DNA from: Amoebidium appalachense
Taxonomy: Eukaryota; Protista; Ichthyosporea
DNA: 64,000 bases
Reading direction: 5' to 3'
Assembly: GCA_963693365.1 (NCBI GenBank)
Contig: CAVNZM010000016.1
Location: 281,341-345,340 of the forward strand
Both the position numbers and the translations under genes were made by a program. Within the stretch, counting starts at the first letter, position 1; every line of letters starts with the position of its first letter. Below the pieces are notes generated by a model. That model was not told the origin of the DNA. It was given only the letters and a program-made list of their open reading frames with translations, and did no database searches. Below, piece by piece: positions 53,240 through 64,000 of this stretch.

Positions 53240-54219
53240 TGCCAGAATATACAACAATAGTGCACGGGTTGGCATATGCATTTCGCACGCACGTGCACAG
53301 CACGATTCTTCATTAGTTGCACATCTTTGGTTTACACAGGTTGCACGAGCACATAGCATACATAGTTAGGTACGATCGTTTATTTGTGCTTTATCTCCCT
53401 TTATTTCAAAAGCATGTACGGCATGCTCTTGTTTGCCCTCTGTTATTCATTAGGCACGTGTGGTATTCATAGTTTGTTTAGCTATTGGCGATAGCAAGAG
53501 GAAAGCACGCATCCGACGATTGTTGTGCATGCTTTTCATGTTTTCTGTGTAGTCGGGTGTTTTGTCTGCGATTGGACCGTATGAGGGGGATGCAGTTTGA
53601 TTTCCGTTCATGTACGTGTCATTATATGATTGGTCAGATTTATAGTATTGATAGTATTTGCCAATCAGATGCGCAAATACCTTTGGATAGAGGTTTTATT
53701 TGTGGAATTTATTGACATAAATATTTTTCTGGGTAAACACGTAGGATGGGTGTTCGATATTGACATAACCATGTAGGCTTCGTTTCGTGTTTTAGCAGTT
53801 CGCGATTGGCCGCTCGCACACGGGCACCTATTAGCTAATCAAAACATCAGATTCCACATATCGCTAGACCGATTTTGATTGGTTCGATTCAGATTCACAT
53901 ATCACTGGATCGATTTTCAATTGGCTCAGGTCGGTAGGCTTAGGTATATAAGCAAGACAGTTTTCAGCAGATCAGCAAGCTACAAACACATCTTCTGTGT
54001 TGAGCACCTACAGCCCTTACGGCTATACATTTTCTTTTCACACTCCGTGACAACTCTTGACACGAGCTTCTGTCACACCTTGACAATCGTGCCATCCTTG
54101 CAAGTTCAGCTTGCCCTCGTGTCCTCCTCGCAAGTTAGGCTTGCACTCCTGCCAGTTCCGTCCCGGTTAGGGCTAGTCGCCCTACAAGTTCCTCGACACT
54201 TCAAGAAGATTTCCTGACA
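53240..54219 (+). mobile_element. Probable 3' LTR of Copia family B
   Basis: Follows a PPT-like aaggggtg (53232-53239). It has imperfect inverted ends tgccagaat...ttcctgaca and an internal TATATAA at about 53945. No second copy is present to confirm the boundaries. Confidence 0.55.
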
Positions 54220-54246
54220 TGGCCCCTCACGCGCCGCGCCGCTGTG

Positions 54247-57200
54247 TGTTGTTCTCGAGCGGGAGGAGGCAGCGGTGAGAGATGACACGTGTTCGGTCAG
54301 TCGGCGGTAACGGCTACATAGCGGTGCAAGCTGATTGGCCCTAACGGGTAGAATGTTAAGCTCAGTCGTATGTATCTTTAGTGATTGGATATAGATCAGG
54401 TATAGTTATGAAGTGATCCGTAGTTATCAGTAGATAGGTGATATGATTGGTGGCTTTTCCACTGTTCTAAAAATGTGAGTGAGCCGCGCACCAGCTTTGT
54501 AGAGCTGGCTGTGGGCGTCGTTCGTTCAGTTCTTGTTTTTAGAGCTAGTGTGTAGGTGAAAAGAAAAAAGGGGAGGGAGCAACGTGATAAGGTAATAATT
54601 AGGCTGTTTGGGTGTTTTCTTGGTTTGGTGGCACCTTGTGTAAAGGGGCAGAAGCTGAGACCTCAGTCTGATTAGTTGGTGCCTTACGGTTTGCTCTTGC
54701 TTTCTCTTTGGTTTTCGTTTTAGCGTTTGTGTGAGTGTCTGGCATCAGAGGTAAAAGGGATTTGTAGAGTTAGTTGGTTGAACTAAGTTTGGTGGTGCTA
54801 CTGTAAAAGCGCACAAACTAGTTGCCTTAGCTAGCTGTCCTTTTTTCTGTTGACTTCTGCAATTGTCACACGAATTCTGGCAACTCAACGTTAACCAGCT
54901 CGTTCTCCTCATTTTCAAGGTTCCTTTTTTCGCTCTAGATATTAATACGACTTTTACATTTGTCTTTTCCCTTCAGTATGTTGTTTAGCTCGCTAGCGCT
55001 GAGGAGTCTTGTAGAGTGAAAAACTACGTAAATTTTGTCTGTCTCTCTGCCTATACAGTCACAGTGAACTTTCTGAACTCCAAGCATTACAAATACGTGC
55101 TCTGCTTTCCTTGACATGGGCAAGTGAGCCTCTCTTCTTCCCGAGCAGAACTCTCTTATATACGACATTGTGAGTCAATGCACGGTCTCTACTAGGTAGT
55201 CGAGCTCGGTGTAAACACACGGCCTCCCCCTGTGGGGAGGTGCGGGGGGTGTCACGGTGGCGCGCGTGTGTGTGGATGGACCGTTCGATGGCAACAAGGA
55301 TGCCTAGGCCCAGCTTCCACAGATTCGTACCCCCCTGCGCCTCCCGCAGCTGCCCAGCTGAGGCAGGGGGAGGCCACGGTCCACAGCCTTCGTTCCCGAA
55401 CACAGCTGCCACGGAACCAGCTGAGTTTGGTTCTTTCCTTCGGAAGTGGTACACCGGTGAGCCCGTAGCCCCCCATGTTAGTACCCCTGGTGAGGGCGTC
55501 ACGGGCGCGGCTGAGCCAGGCTTGTTTCCCCATGTGTCTAATGATTTACTTCCACTTCCCCTTTTTGTAGTCCCGCTGTTGCTTGATGGTGTTAGGTTGT
55601 CCTCTCCAAGAAGACGTGGGAGGTTCAACAAGAGATTTGCTGTGTTAAAGTTGGTTAATAGAACCATAGCTGCAATCAACACGTTGTATAATGGGCCACC
55701 TGGCTCGGTAGAATCTCCTAGGAACGATGTTTGGCACAACATGCACGACACCTCTTCCCAGAATCACACACACTTTTCAACATTTTCCCCTCCTACCAGC
55801 ACACATTTTTTTCCCACGCCTTTTCCTAAATCCACGCACTTTTCTCATGCACCCTCACCGGCACATTCACAATCCATTCAGCGAATTTTCGTTTTTTGCG
55901 CGGATATGCGCCGCAGGATCAGCAATGTCCCCTTAGCGGCTGTGTCTGAATCTTTCCCATATTTCAATCACTCAAAAGCTTTCACCCCCATAGTTGCTGA
56001 GCGTATTGCCCTTCCTCCTGAGGGGTTTGGGGCAACAGTTCCGCTCCTAGAGGTCCTTCCACCTGACCTCAAGGAGATGATGGAGAAGCCAAACGTGTTG
56101 GTGGTGGCGTCAAATCGCACGGGTGACGCGGTCGGACAGCCGAACGGTCACGGAGTTTGCGGGCTTGGGGGCGTGTTGGCAACTGAGAGCACCACTGAGG
56201 GTGCTGAAGGAGCCCACCCTTTGCCCGGGCGTCCTGTCCATGCATTTGCGTCGCCTGCGGAGTGGCCTATATTGGCTAAGCGTATGTATGTTTGTGGTAT
56301 GGTTGCTTTTTCAGAAATTTCGGAGCCCCCAAAGATTATCAATGGTTTATTTGCGGTGGAGAAAGATGAGAAGGAAGACCGTCTTATCATGGATGCTCGC
56401 CCCATGAATGCAGTCATGATAGACCCGCCCAATCCGAATTTTCCCAGTCCGGCAGATTTGTGTAGTATCATTGTTCCGAAGGACGCAGCGGTGGTGGTGG
56501 CCAAGTACGATTTTTCGAATTTCTACCACCGTTTTCGGGTGCCAGACTGGCTGTCTTGGTACCAAGGGCTTCCGCCGGTTTCGTCTTCAGCAGTGGGACT
56601 GCCGGGTGTCGATAGGTTGGTGTATCCGCGGGTGTTGTCTATGCCGATGGGCTGGAAATGGGCACCGTTTGTCGCCCAACGTTCTCACCAGCACATCACG
56701 CACCCGCCTTTACGTATCGAACGATGCATCCAATCGAATTCTTCACCGGCGCATTCCATTACCGACCAATCGGATACGGCACATTTGATCTACGTGGATG
56801 ATTGGGTGGGGGTTGGGTTGGAGGAATCTACTGTAAATTCCGAGATGACGGCAGCCGGGCGCGCTGGAGAGACACACGGATTCGAAATAAAACCGTCCAA
56901 AACGGTCACGGCGTCACGAGACCACCCGGAGACCGTAGCACTTGGGTTGGCTATAGGACGGGACGGTGTTATTCGACCGGATGCATCACGGTTGGCGCGG
57001 CTACTAGCCGACACAAAGGCGGTTCTGTTCATGCGGGAGGTGGCTCCACGGGCGTTATCTCGTTTGCTTGGGGGCTGGGCGTGGTTGTTGCTTTTGAATA
57101 GAGCTTTATTTTCTGTGTTAGAGGCGAGTTATCAGTTTGCGTTGTCAGCCGGCCAATGTCCACTAACGGCATGCCCAATCCCCTCTGCAGTCAAGGGGGA

Positions 57201-59808
57201 GTTGGCCCTGTTGGTGGATTTGGCACCTCTCATTGTGTGTGATTTGACGGCTGCTCCCGCCTCTCTTCTGTTGGCATCAGATGCGTCCACCAAGGGAGCA
57301 GGTGTTTCTATTGCGTCCGTTACGGCTGAGCAATCGTTGACGGCATTAGCACAGTCGGTGTCCAGACCCGGTTATTCCTTCTTGGGGCCTGTGGACGACA
57401 CCGGTGAGCTCGTGATTAACGCCCTTTCAGCCGATGAATGTAACGACAGCACGAACCACCCCACGACCGACGACTCTTTTCTGAAAGTAGTTGACGGTCT
57501 GCAGTGGCACCATCCGATATCTACTCCGTGGCGGCACGAAGATCACATCACCATCCTCGAGGGGCACGCGCTGCTATTATCACTACGACGTTTCACGCGA
57601 GCACCACAAAATCACAGCACCAGAGTAGCTCATCTCATCGACAACACATCTTTATTGTTTGCGGTGGCCAAGGGTAGATCGAGTTCACGACGGCTAAACC
57701 ATCTGTGCCGGCGGGTGGCAGCACTTGTGTGTGCAGCCGCACTTCGACCGGCGTGGGTGTGGGTCCCTTCTGCCCACAATCCAGCAGACATGCCGTCACG
57801 TGACGTCGTCCCCTCTGCAAAAATCACGCATATGCTCAATCTCAATGTCACGGCTCCCACAGTGGCGAAATACGACAACGCCTTGAACAAATTCGTAGCG
57901 TGGTGTGTGGAAGATGGGGTGAGCACCTTCCAGTCGGTAGAGCAGGTGGATAACATGCTTGCGAGCTATGCAGCTGACATGTACGAAGAGTTGGGGGAGA
58001 CCCGCAGCGGGCTCGCCCACTGCAAGACGGTGCTGTCAGCCATCCACCATTTCTATCCCCAGTGCAAGGACTCCTTGGTCCTGTCGGCCAGGGTCCTAAG
58101 GGGGTGGGACCATGCTAACCCGACCAATCACCACAGACCACTCCCCTACGACTACATGATTTTGGCAGTGTCGGCTCTGTGGGAATACAAGATGCCGCAC
58201 GTAGCACTCTATCTGTGTATGTCATTCGCAACCTACACCCGGCCGGGGGAGCTCTCGCGGCGCACGGTGGCAGACTTCATTCCTCCGAATGATCCACGGT
58301 TGATTGAAATCAATGCTCCAGCGGGCAGTGCAGTGTTGCTTCTTCCACGGTCCAAAACGGGCAATCATCAGATGGTGGTGATCCGTGATCCAGTGTGCTT
58401 GCATTTGCTGCAGAAGCTCATGGCAGTGGGTGCATTTCCCCATGGCTCCCGCCCATCCGACCCTCTGTTTCATCCTGGGTACACACCATCGCTGGTAGCA
58501 ACTCGTATGCAACAGAGTCTGACGGCTGTGGGCCTGGATAGCGACTTCTCATTGTACAGCACACGGCACGGGGCAGCCTCCACAGCAGCACTCAGAGGGG
58601 AGGACTATGAGCAAATTCGTATTAATGGTCGGTGGCGTAATTTCACGACGCCTTTCAACCACTACATTGACACGAACAAGGCCATGCTCCTGGCAATTTC
58701 AATGCCCGCTCATCTGTCAGCCCAGGCAAAATCCTTGGCCCGTAGGCCACACATGATTACGCACGATTAGCAGCTACAGGCTTCTACTACACACACCCAA
58801 CACACATTATTTAAAAGACACAATCACAAAATAAAAACAAGTAGGGTAGGTTTGGATAGATGAAGGGGTTCTTTCGGCCATTGTGTGCTGGAAGTGCTGT
58901 TCCTTCAATAGCCTATCATACACACACAAACACACACACATACACACACACACACGTGTGCACACACACACAGTGTTCTGGGGTTTAGGGGGTTTATCCG
59001 GGGGTTTTGGGGGTTTTCTGATCAGATACTGATATTATTTATTAGGGCTAAAATCAATAATAAAATTCCTCACTGACTTGCATTTCTGCTTCTCTTTGTC
59101 TCGGTCACCTCGGGGAGCCACGACGGGAGTGAGGGGAAGTCTTGCCTCCGGCATGTTGTTCTCGAGCGGGAGGAGGCAGCGGTGAGAGATGACACGTGTT
59201 CGGTCAGTCGGCGGTAACGGCTACATAGCGGTGCAAGCTGATTGGCCCTAACGGGTAGAATGTTAAGCTCAGTCGTATGTATCTTTAGTGATTGGATATA
59301 GATCAGGTATAGTAATGAAGTGATCCGTAGTTATCAGTAGATAGGTGATATGATTGGTGGCTTTTCCACTGTTCTAAAAATGTGAGTGAGCCGCGCACCA
59401 GCTTTGTAGAGCTGGCTGTGGGCGTCGTTCGTTCAGTTCTTGTTTTTAGAGCTAGTGTGTAGGTGAAAAGAAAAAAGGGGAGGGAGCAACGTGATAAGGT
59501 AATAATTAGGCTGTTTGGGTGTTTTCTTGGTTTGGTGGCACCTTGTGTAAAGGGGCAGAAGCTGAGACCTCAGTCTGATTAGTTGGTGCCTTACGGTTTG
59601 CTCTTGCTTTCTCTTCCCTCCCTCCCACCCTTGGATAGATGAAGGGGTTCTTTCGGCCATTGTGTGCTGGAAGTGCTGTTCCTTCAATAGCCTATCATAC
59701 ACACACAAACACACACACATACACACACACACACGTGTGCACACACACACAGTGTTCTGGGGTTTAGGGGGTTTATTCGGGGGTTTTGGGGGTTTTCTGA
59801 TCAGATAC
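54247..59808 (+). mobile_element. Intact tyrosine-recombinase (DIRS-order, PAT/Ngaro-like) retrotransposon with split direct repeats A1-ORF-B1-A2-B2
   Basis: A1 54247-54708 matches A2 59154-59615 (462 bp, one mismatch seen). B1 58852-59029 matches B2 59631-59808 (178 bp, one mismatch seen). They enclose an RT-RNaseH-YR ORF. Identical 30-mers flank the element at 54217-54246 and 59809-59838. Confidence 0.92.
55276..58770 (+). CDS. Single polyprotein: reverse transcriptase, DIRS-type RNase H and tyrosine recombinase (about 1164 aa from the first ATG)
   Basis: RT: RLIMDAR, KYDFSNFYH, MPMGWKWAP, YVDD. RNase H: ASDAS..GAG, HITILE, IDNTS, WVPSAHNPADMPSR. YR: TYTRPGEL, SKTG, YSTRHGAA, GRW, HY. No stop between domains. 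Confidence 0.92.
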   Translation: MDRSMATRMPRPSFHRFVPPCASRSCPAEAGGGHGPQPSFPNTAATEPAEFGSFLRKWYTGEPVAPHVSTPGEGVTGAAEPGLFPHVSNDLLPLPLFVVPLLLDGVRLSSPRRRGRFNKRFAVLKLVNRTIAAINTLYNGPPGSVESPRNDVWHNMHDTSSQNHTHFSTFSPPTSTHFFPTPFPKSTHFSHAPSPAHSQSIQRIFVFCADMRRRISNVPLAAVSESFPYFNHSKAFTPIVAERIALPPEGFGATVPLLEVLPPDLKEMMEKPNVLVVASNRTGDAVGQPNGHGVCGLGGVLATESTTEGAEGAHPLPGRPVHAFASPAEWPILAKRMYVCGMVAFSEISEPPKIINGLFAVEKDEKEDRLIMDARPMNAVMIDPPNPNFPSPADLCSIIVPKDAAVVVAKYDFSNFYHRFRVPDWLSWYQGLPPVSSSAVGLPGVDRLVYPRVLSMPMGWKWAPFVAQRSHQHITHPPLRIERCIQSNSSPAHSITDQSDTAHLIYVDDWVGVGLEESTVNSEMTAAGRAGETHGFEIKPSKTVTASRDHPETVALGLAIGRDGVIRPDASRLARLLADTKAVLFMREVAPRALSRLLGGWAWLLLLNRALFSVLEASYQFALSAGQCPLTACPIPSAVKGELALLVDLAPLIVCDLTAAPASLLLASDASTKGAGVSIASVTAEQSLTALAQSVSRPGYSFLGPVDDTGELVINALSADECNDSTNHPTTDDSFLKVVDGLQWHHPISTPWRHEDHITILEGHALLLSLRRFTRAPQNHSTRVAHLIDNTSLLFAVAKGRSSSRRLNHLCRRVAALVCAAALRPAWVWVPSAHNPADMPSRDVVPSAKITHMLNLNVTAPTVAKYDNALNKFVAWCVEDGVSTFQSVEQVDNMLASYAADMYEELGETRSGLAHCKTVLSAIHHFYPQCKDSLVLSARVLRGWDHANPTNHHRPLPYDYMILAVSALWEYKMPHVALYLCMSFATYTRPGELSRRTVADFIPPNDPRLIEINAPAGSAVLLLPRSKTGNHQMVVIRDPVCLHLLQKLMAVGAFPHGSRPSDPLFHPGYTPSLVATRMQQSLTAVGLDSDFSLYSTRHGAASTAALRGEDYEQIRINGRWRNFTTPFNHYIDTNKAMLLAISMPAHLSAQAKSLARRPHMITHD

Positions 59809-59838
59809 ACATGGCCCCTCACGCGCCGCGCCGCTGTG

Positions 59839-61870
59839 ATCTAAGTCCCTACCACTCGTCTAATTTCAAACCCCGTTTTCAATCCCGATGGCCTAGAATT
59901 TCACACCCCGCTTCGATCCGCATTGACTATCCTCGCTCATAGTCCTTGCCCGATTGCCCTTCTGAGTATTCAAATACGGTACTCCAATCGCGTCGCTTAT
60001 GTTAAACCCAGTCAAAGCACCTTGTGCTTTCCTACTGTTCAGGAGTACTGACCCCAAGTCCCTGCCAGAACAGCTTACCGTGTTCAACCCGCCTCCTTCC
60101 CTGTTTTCCCACCCTGTTTCCCGCCATGTCTCCCCCCACCATGACTTCACTGTCGATGGATACCTCACATTCCATTGGTCTGCCCCGCATTCCAGCAGCA
60201 TTTTTTCCTCAGATCACAAGGCCAGCCTCGTCGAGATCTCAGCTACCCCAAACCCTGCACGGCCCCAGTTCCCCTGCAGCTATTCCCCCCCTGTTGCCAC
60301 CCGACCCCGGCCAGCTACACATGCTGCCAGGTCCGGTCGTTCCCATCCACGTTTCTGCCCAGCCAGCCTACCGTGCTGCCTGCCCATCCACGTTTCTGCC
60401 CAGCCAGCCTACCGTGCTGCCCGCCCCCGTTTCCAAAGCCCCTGGCCCGACCCAGTTAACCTTCTCCGTCCGGACTTACCTGCCTTTGACCCTGCCTCCG
60501 TCGTGCCTGATCCCAAAACCAATCCCGTCAAAGCCCCTCCTCCCCTCCCTGTTCCGGCTTTCCCAGTAACCCCCGAGCAGCAAGAACCCTCAGGCTCGAC
60601 GCCCCTCCAAACGAATTTCAAATTACGCGACCTCCGCAACCAGCTGCCCAACGCTCCCGCGGGCACTGACGCGCCTCCGGCGGCCCCCACCACCACGGAC
60701 CCTCCAAGCCACTCTCCCCTCTACCCCTGAAGCCCCCCCTCAGGCCTGTCCCATGTAGTACCCCAAGCCCGGCTGTGGTCTAAGACTTGATGGCTTCACA
60801 CCGCCCCACAAGCCCGGCGGGGGACAAACCCCCAACCGCCCCGACCCGCACCCCGGCCTGGCAACACCGGCCCGATCGGTGGAGCTACCCGCCACGCACT
60901 ACATGAATTTCCACATTTAAGGTCGGTCCTGCGCTAAGCAGCCCTGCCCCCTCTCCCACGTGTGCCCGCTGTCATGTGCTGAGCTGATTCGTATTAGTTT
61001 GCTTCTATAATTCGTGTTTTGGTGAGTGAATTTCGGGGGTTTTCTTGCATAGTGATGCCGGGGTCTAAGTGGGGTATGAGGAGATTAATCAGTGGTATGG
61101 GGAGAACCTGATGCGGCGGCGGCTGATTGTTAAAGGTGCGCGCGTGCATGCACCATGCCTCTGCGTACTCTCCATGTTAAATGTTGTATTGCTTCTTGCT
61201 GTGTGCTTGGCGAGACCCATGTTGCCTGCTCGCGTGTGTGTATGCTTATATGTATTGTGAGTAAACGTGTGTACGTGTTGTAGTGCTGTAGGGGTGTCTG
61301 AGGTGGCGGTAGCCAATGGTGTGGAGTGCGTGTAGTCTGTGGGGGAGGGAGTGTTGTGATTGGCTGAATGTCACTGTGGTATTTGTCTGGCCAGTGGGCC
61401 GCGTGTCTGTGAAGTGTCTCGCGGGGTCGCGGGCTTTTGGAAGTTCTTCTCAGAACACAAAAAACTCGCTTCCCACCCAACTCAAAGAAAAGTTTATACG
61501 TATACACGGTTTCGAGCCCCTTTAAGCGTGCAGATAGTTAGAGTAGTTCATATACACTCTGTTTGTTGCCACGACACCCGCTCTGCTCTGGCACACACCC
61601 CCGCAAAGACTGCAAGCCTAATGCCTAGTCTACGCGCACACCCACACACACAGATAGAACATAGGGGCTAGGAGCTAGGATACACGGGTACAGGGACACG
61701 GAGCTCGGGAGCTCGGGTCACTAGGGCTAAGTACAAATTTTTGCAAGCCACCTACGGCGCGCGCGCGCGCCACAGAATACATGTCCCTACACAAAGACGT
61801 TATTCTGGCCACTGCACATAATTTTACTCCCCACCCATCCCACGAGCCCCCCCCCTTACACTCACCCTAG

Positions 61871-61901
<31 letters not shown>

Positions 61902-62739
61902 TTCTAACTCTGTGTCCACCCGCATCCCCGCGTGCTCGGGCATCCCCTGCACATGGCCCCGCTGTTCTGCCTGCAACCTCCCTCGGGCCCAGCTGCCCGC
62001 ACACACAGATAGAACATAGGGGCTAGGTGCTAGGATACACGGGTACAGGGACACGGAGCTCGGGAGCACGGGCCACTAGGGCTGAGTACAAATTTTTGCA
62101 GGCCACCTACGGCGCCCGCGCGCGCCACAGAATACATGTCCCTACACAAAGACGTTATTCTGGCCACTGCACATAATTTTACTCCCCACCCATTCCACGA
62201 GCCTCCCCCCCCCCCTTACACTCACCTAGCACTCCCTCCCCCCCCCCCCCCCCCCCCCCCTTCTAACTCTGTGTCCGCCCGCATCCCCGCGTGCTCGGGC
62301 ATCCCCTGCACATGGCCCCGCTGTTCTGCCTGCAACCTCCCTCGGGCCCAGCTGCCCGCACACACAAGATAGAACATAGGGGCTAGGAGCTAGGATACAC
62401 GGGTACAGGGACACGGAGCTCGGGAGCACGGGCCACTAGGGCTGAGTACAAATTTTTTTTGCAGGCCACCTACGGCGCCCGCGCGCGCCACAGAATACAT
62501 GTCCCTACACAAAAGACGTTATTCTGGCCACTGCACATAATTTTACTCCCCACCCATCCCACGAGCCTCCCCCCCCCCCCCCCCCTTACACTCACCTAGC
62601 ACTCCCTCCCCCCCCCCCTTCTAACTCTGGGTCCGCCCGCATCCCTGCGTGCTCGGGCATCCCCTGCACATGGCCCCGCTGCCCTGCCTGCAACCTCTCT
62701 CGGGCCCAGCTGCCCTACTCTAAACCCCCCGGGGCCCTG

Positions 62740-62776
<37 letters not shown>

Positions 62777-64000
62777 CTGCCGGGGTCTCCCCGAGGGTGC
62801 CCCACCCTTGCTAACCACACCTTCCCCCGAGGCTCAGACCCGGAGGCCCAGCCCCCCCTCGGCCACCAGCGCGGCCACCCTCTTCCCGGACCAATTCCTT
62901 GCTGAGTTTCCGGTCCTCCGTTCCTCCCCCATCGGCGCCGTTACTACAAAAACAAGCCCGGGACCCCAGCTCATTCTCGACGCAGGCCCCGGCTGCTACA
63001 TGGCAGTGGCAGACGTGCAGGCTGCCTTCCGGCACATGCCCTCTCCCTTCCCCTGGGCTCAACCCCCCTCCCCTCCCCCCCCCCCCCGATCTTCCCTTCC
63101 GGAGCAACGCTGGCAGATTGGCCCCCCACTTTGCTCCGGCCGTGCTGCTTCGAGCCACCACTACCCTGCAGGAGTGCCAGGCCCTGAGTCTCAACCTCGA
63201 CTCTCGGGCCTTCTACTCCCGGGTGCAGAAAGTGTTCATCGATTTTTGTGGCATCTCGGCTGCCATCCTCCTCCGGGTCCTACCTCCCGGCCTCCCCACA
63301 CACCGGGCAGCTCTTTCTTGCCTGGTGTGCCCAACAAGGGGTACAGGCCTCTTCCTTGGCCGGCTACAATTCGGCTATCACCAGACTCCACCTCGACATG
63401 GGACTTCCGGCTCCCTACCCCCACGACAAGTCTCTCGCCTGGTTCCTACAAGGGGTGGGCAGATGGCAGCTTTTCTCACAACATCCGACCCCGATCATCT
63501 CCCAGAGAACCCCTCCTGCCCTCCCACCTCGGCCTACTCCATGGCCAGTGCCCCACCCAGGCCTCCTCAGCCAATCGCCGGCTTTGGACGGCCCTCATCG
63601 TCGGTTTTTGTGGTCTCCTCCGTTCGTGGGAATTTACCTCCAAGACCCTGACTTCCTTCGACCCGTCCCGTCACGTGAAATGGAAGGACATGACCTTCAG
63701 CTACACCCCCACCAGTACTTTGTCCCATGCCACCCTCCACCTGCCAACCTCCAAGATGGATGTACAGCCCTAAGTGTCAACGTCACTCTAGCTGCCCTGC
63801 CTCTCAACCACTTCTCCCCAGCCCATCTCCTCCGGCAGTTCCTGGATACGACATCCGGTCAACCTGACGACCCCCTGTTCAGTCTCGGTGGCATTCCCTA
63901 CACCAAGGGTGTTTTCTCTGACGACTTCCGTGCCCTCCTCTCCCGGGCGGGCCTCTCACCCTCCCGGTTTGCCGGCCACAGCCTCCGAATTGGGGGGGCC
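59839..64000 (+). mobile_element. Decayed DIRS/Ngaro-like YR retrotransposon, running off the window end
   Basis: Pro-rich ORF1 remnants and a broken gag-like Cys/His finger (NFHI*GRSCAKQPCPLSHVC, about 60900-60975). RT fragment AGPGCYMAVADVQAAFRHMP. YR with GFCGLLRSWEF, HLPTSKMD, then after a frameshift PLF...FAGHSLRIGGA at the window edge. Confidence 0.85.
61645..62714 (+). repeat. About 360-bp unit repeated three times in tandem inside the decayed YR element
   Basis: gatagaacataggggctagg...gggcccagctgccc recurs from about 61652, 62008 and 62368; units differ mainly in homopolymer lengths. Confidence 0.9.

Noticed and set aside
54220-54237. tRNA primer-binding site (TGG...) after the putative Copia B LTR
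   Set aside because: It does not fit a tRNA 3' end and T-stem pattern, it follows a 3' LTR, and it is part of the 30-bp duplication.
61645-62714. CRISPR-like array
   Set aside because: Units are contiguous 360-bp duplicates with no unique spacers, there are no cas genes, and the context is eukaryotic.

Overview
Eukaryotic genomic DNA, probably a unicellular eukaryote; the organism cannot be identified from sequence alone. Introns are GT-AG and packed with poly-G/poly-C and (GT)n/(CA)n, so most long ORFs in the supplied track are low-complexity artefacts. The left two-thirds holds five spliced genes that I assembled by hand. They are the 3' part of an ECH1-like dienoyl-CoA isomerase (+), a transportin-SR/importin-13-like karyopherin (-), RNA polymerase II RPB3 (+), a fused Fe-S-free (P)APS reductase / ATP sulfurylase (-), and a membrane protein with a CBM-like domain and three TSP1 repeats (+). 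From about 43 kb onward the window is a retroelement nest. It contains two oppositely oriented LTRs of one Copia family, a decayed Copia gag-pol (-), a fragment of a second Copia (+), an intact and recent tyrosine-recombinase (YR) retroelement, and a decayed DIRS/Ngaro-like element. The intact element has one RT-RNaseH-YR ORF, no gag, A1-ORF-B1-A2-B2 split repeats and an exact 30-bp flanking duplication. The most notable items are that YR element, the reductase-sulfurylase fusion, introns bracketed by complementary simple repeats, and a structured dispersed repeat that is always sense to its host gene.
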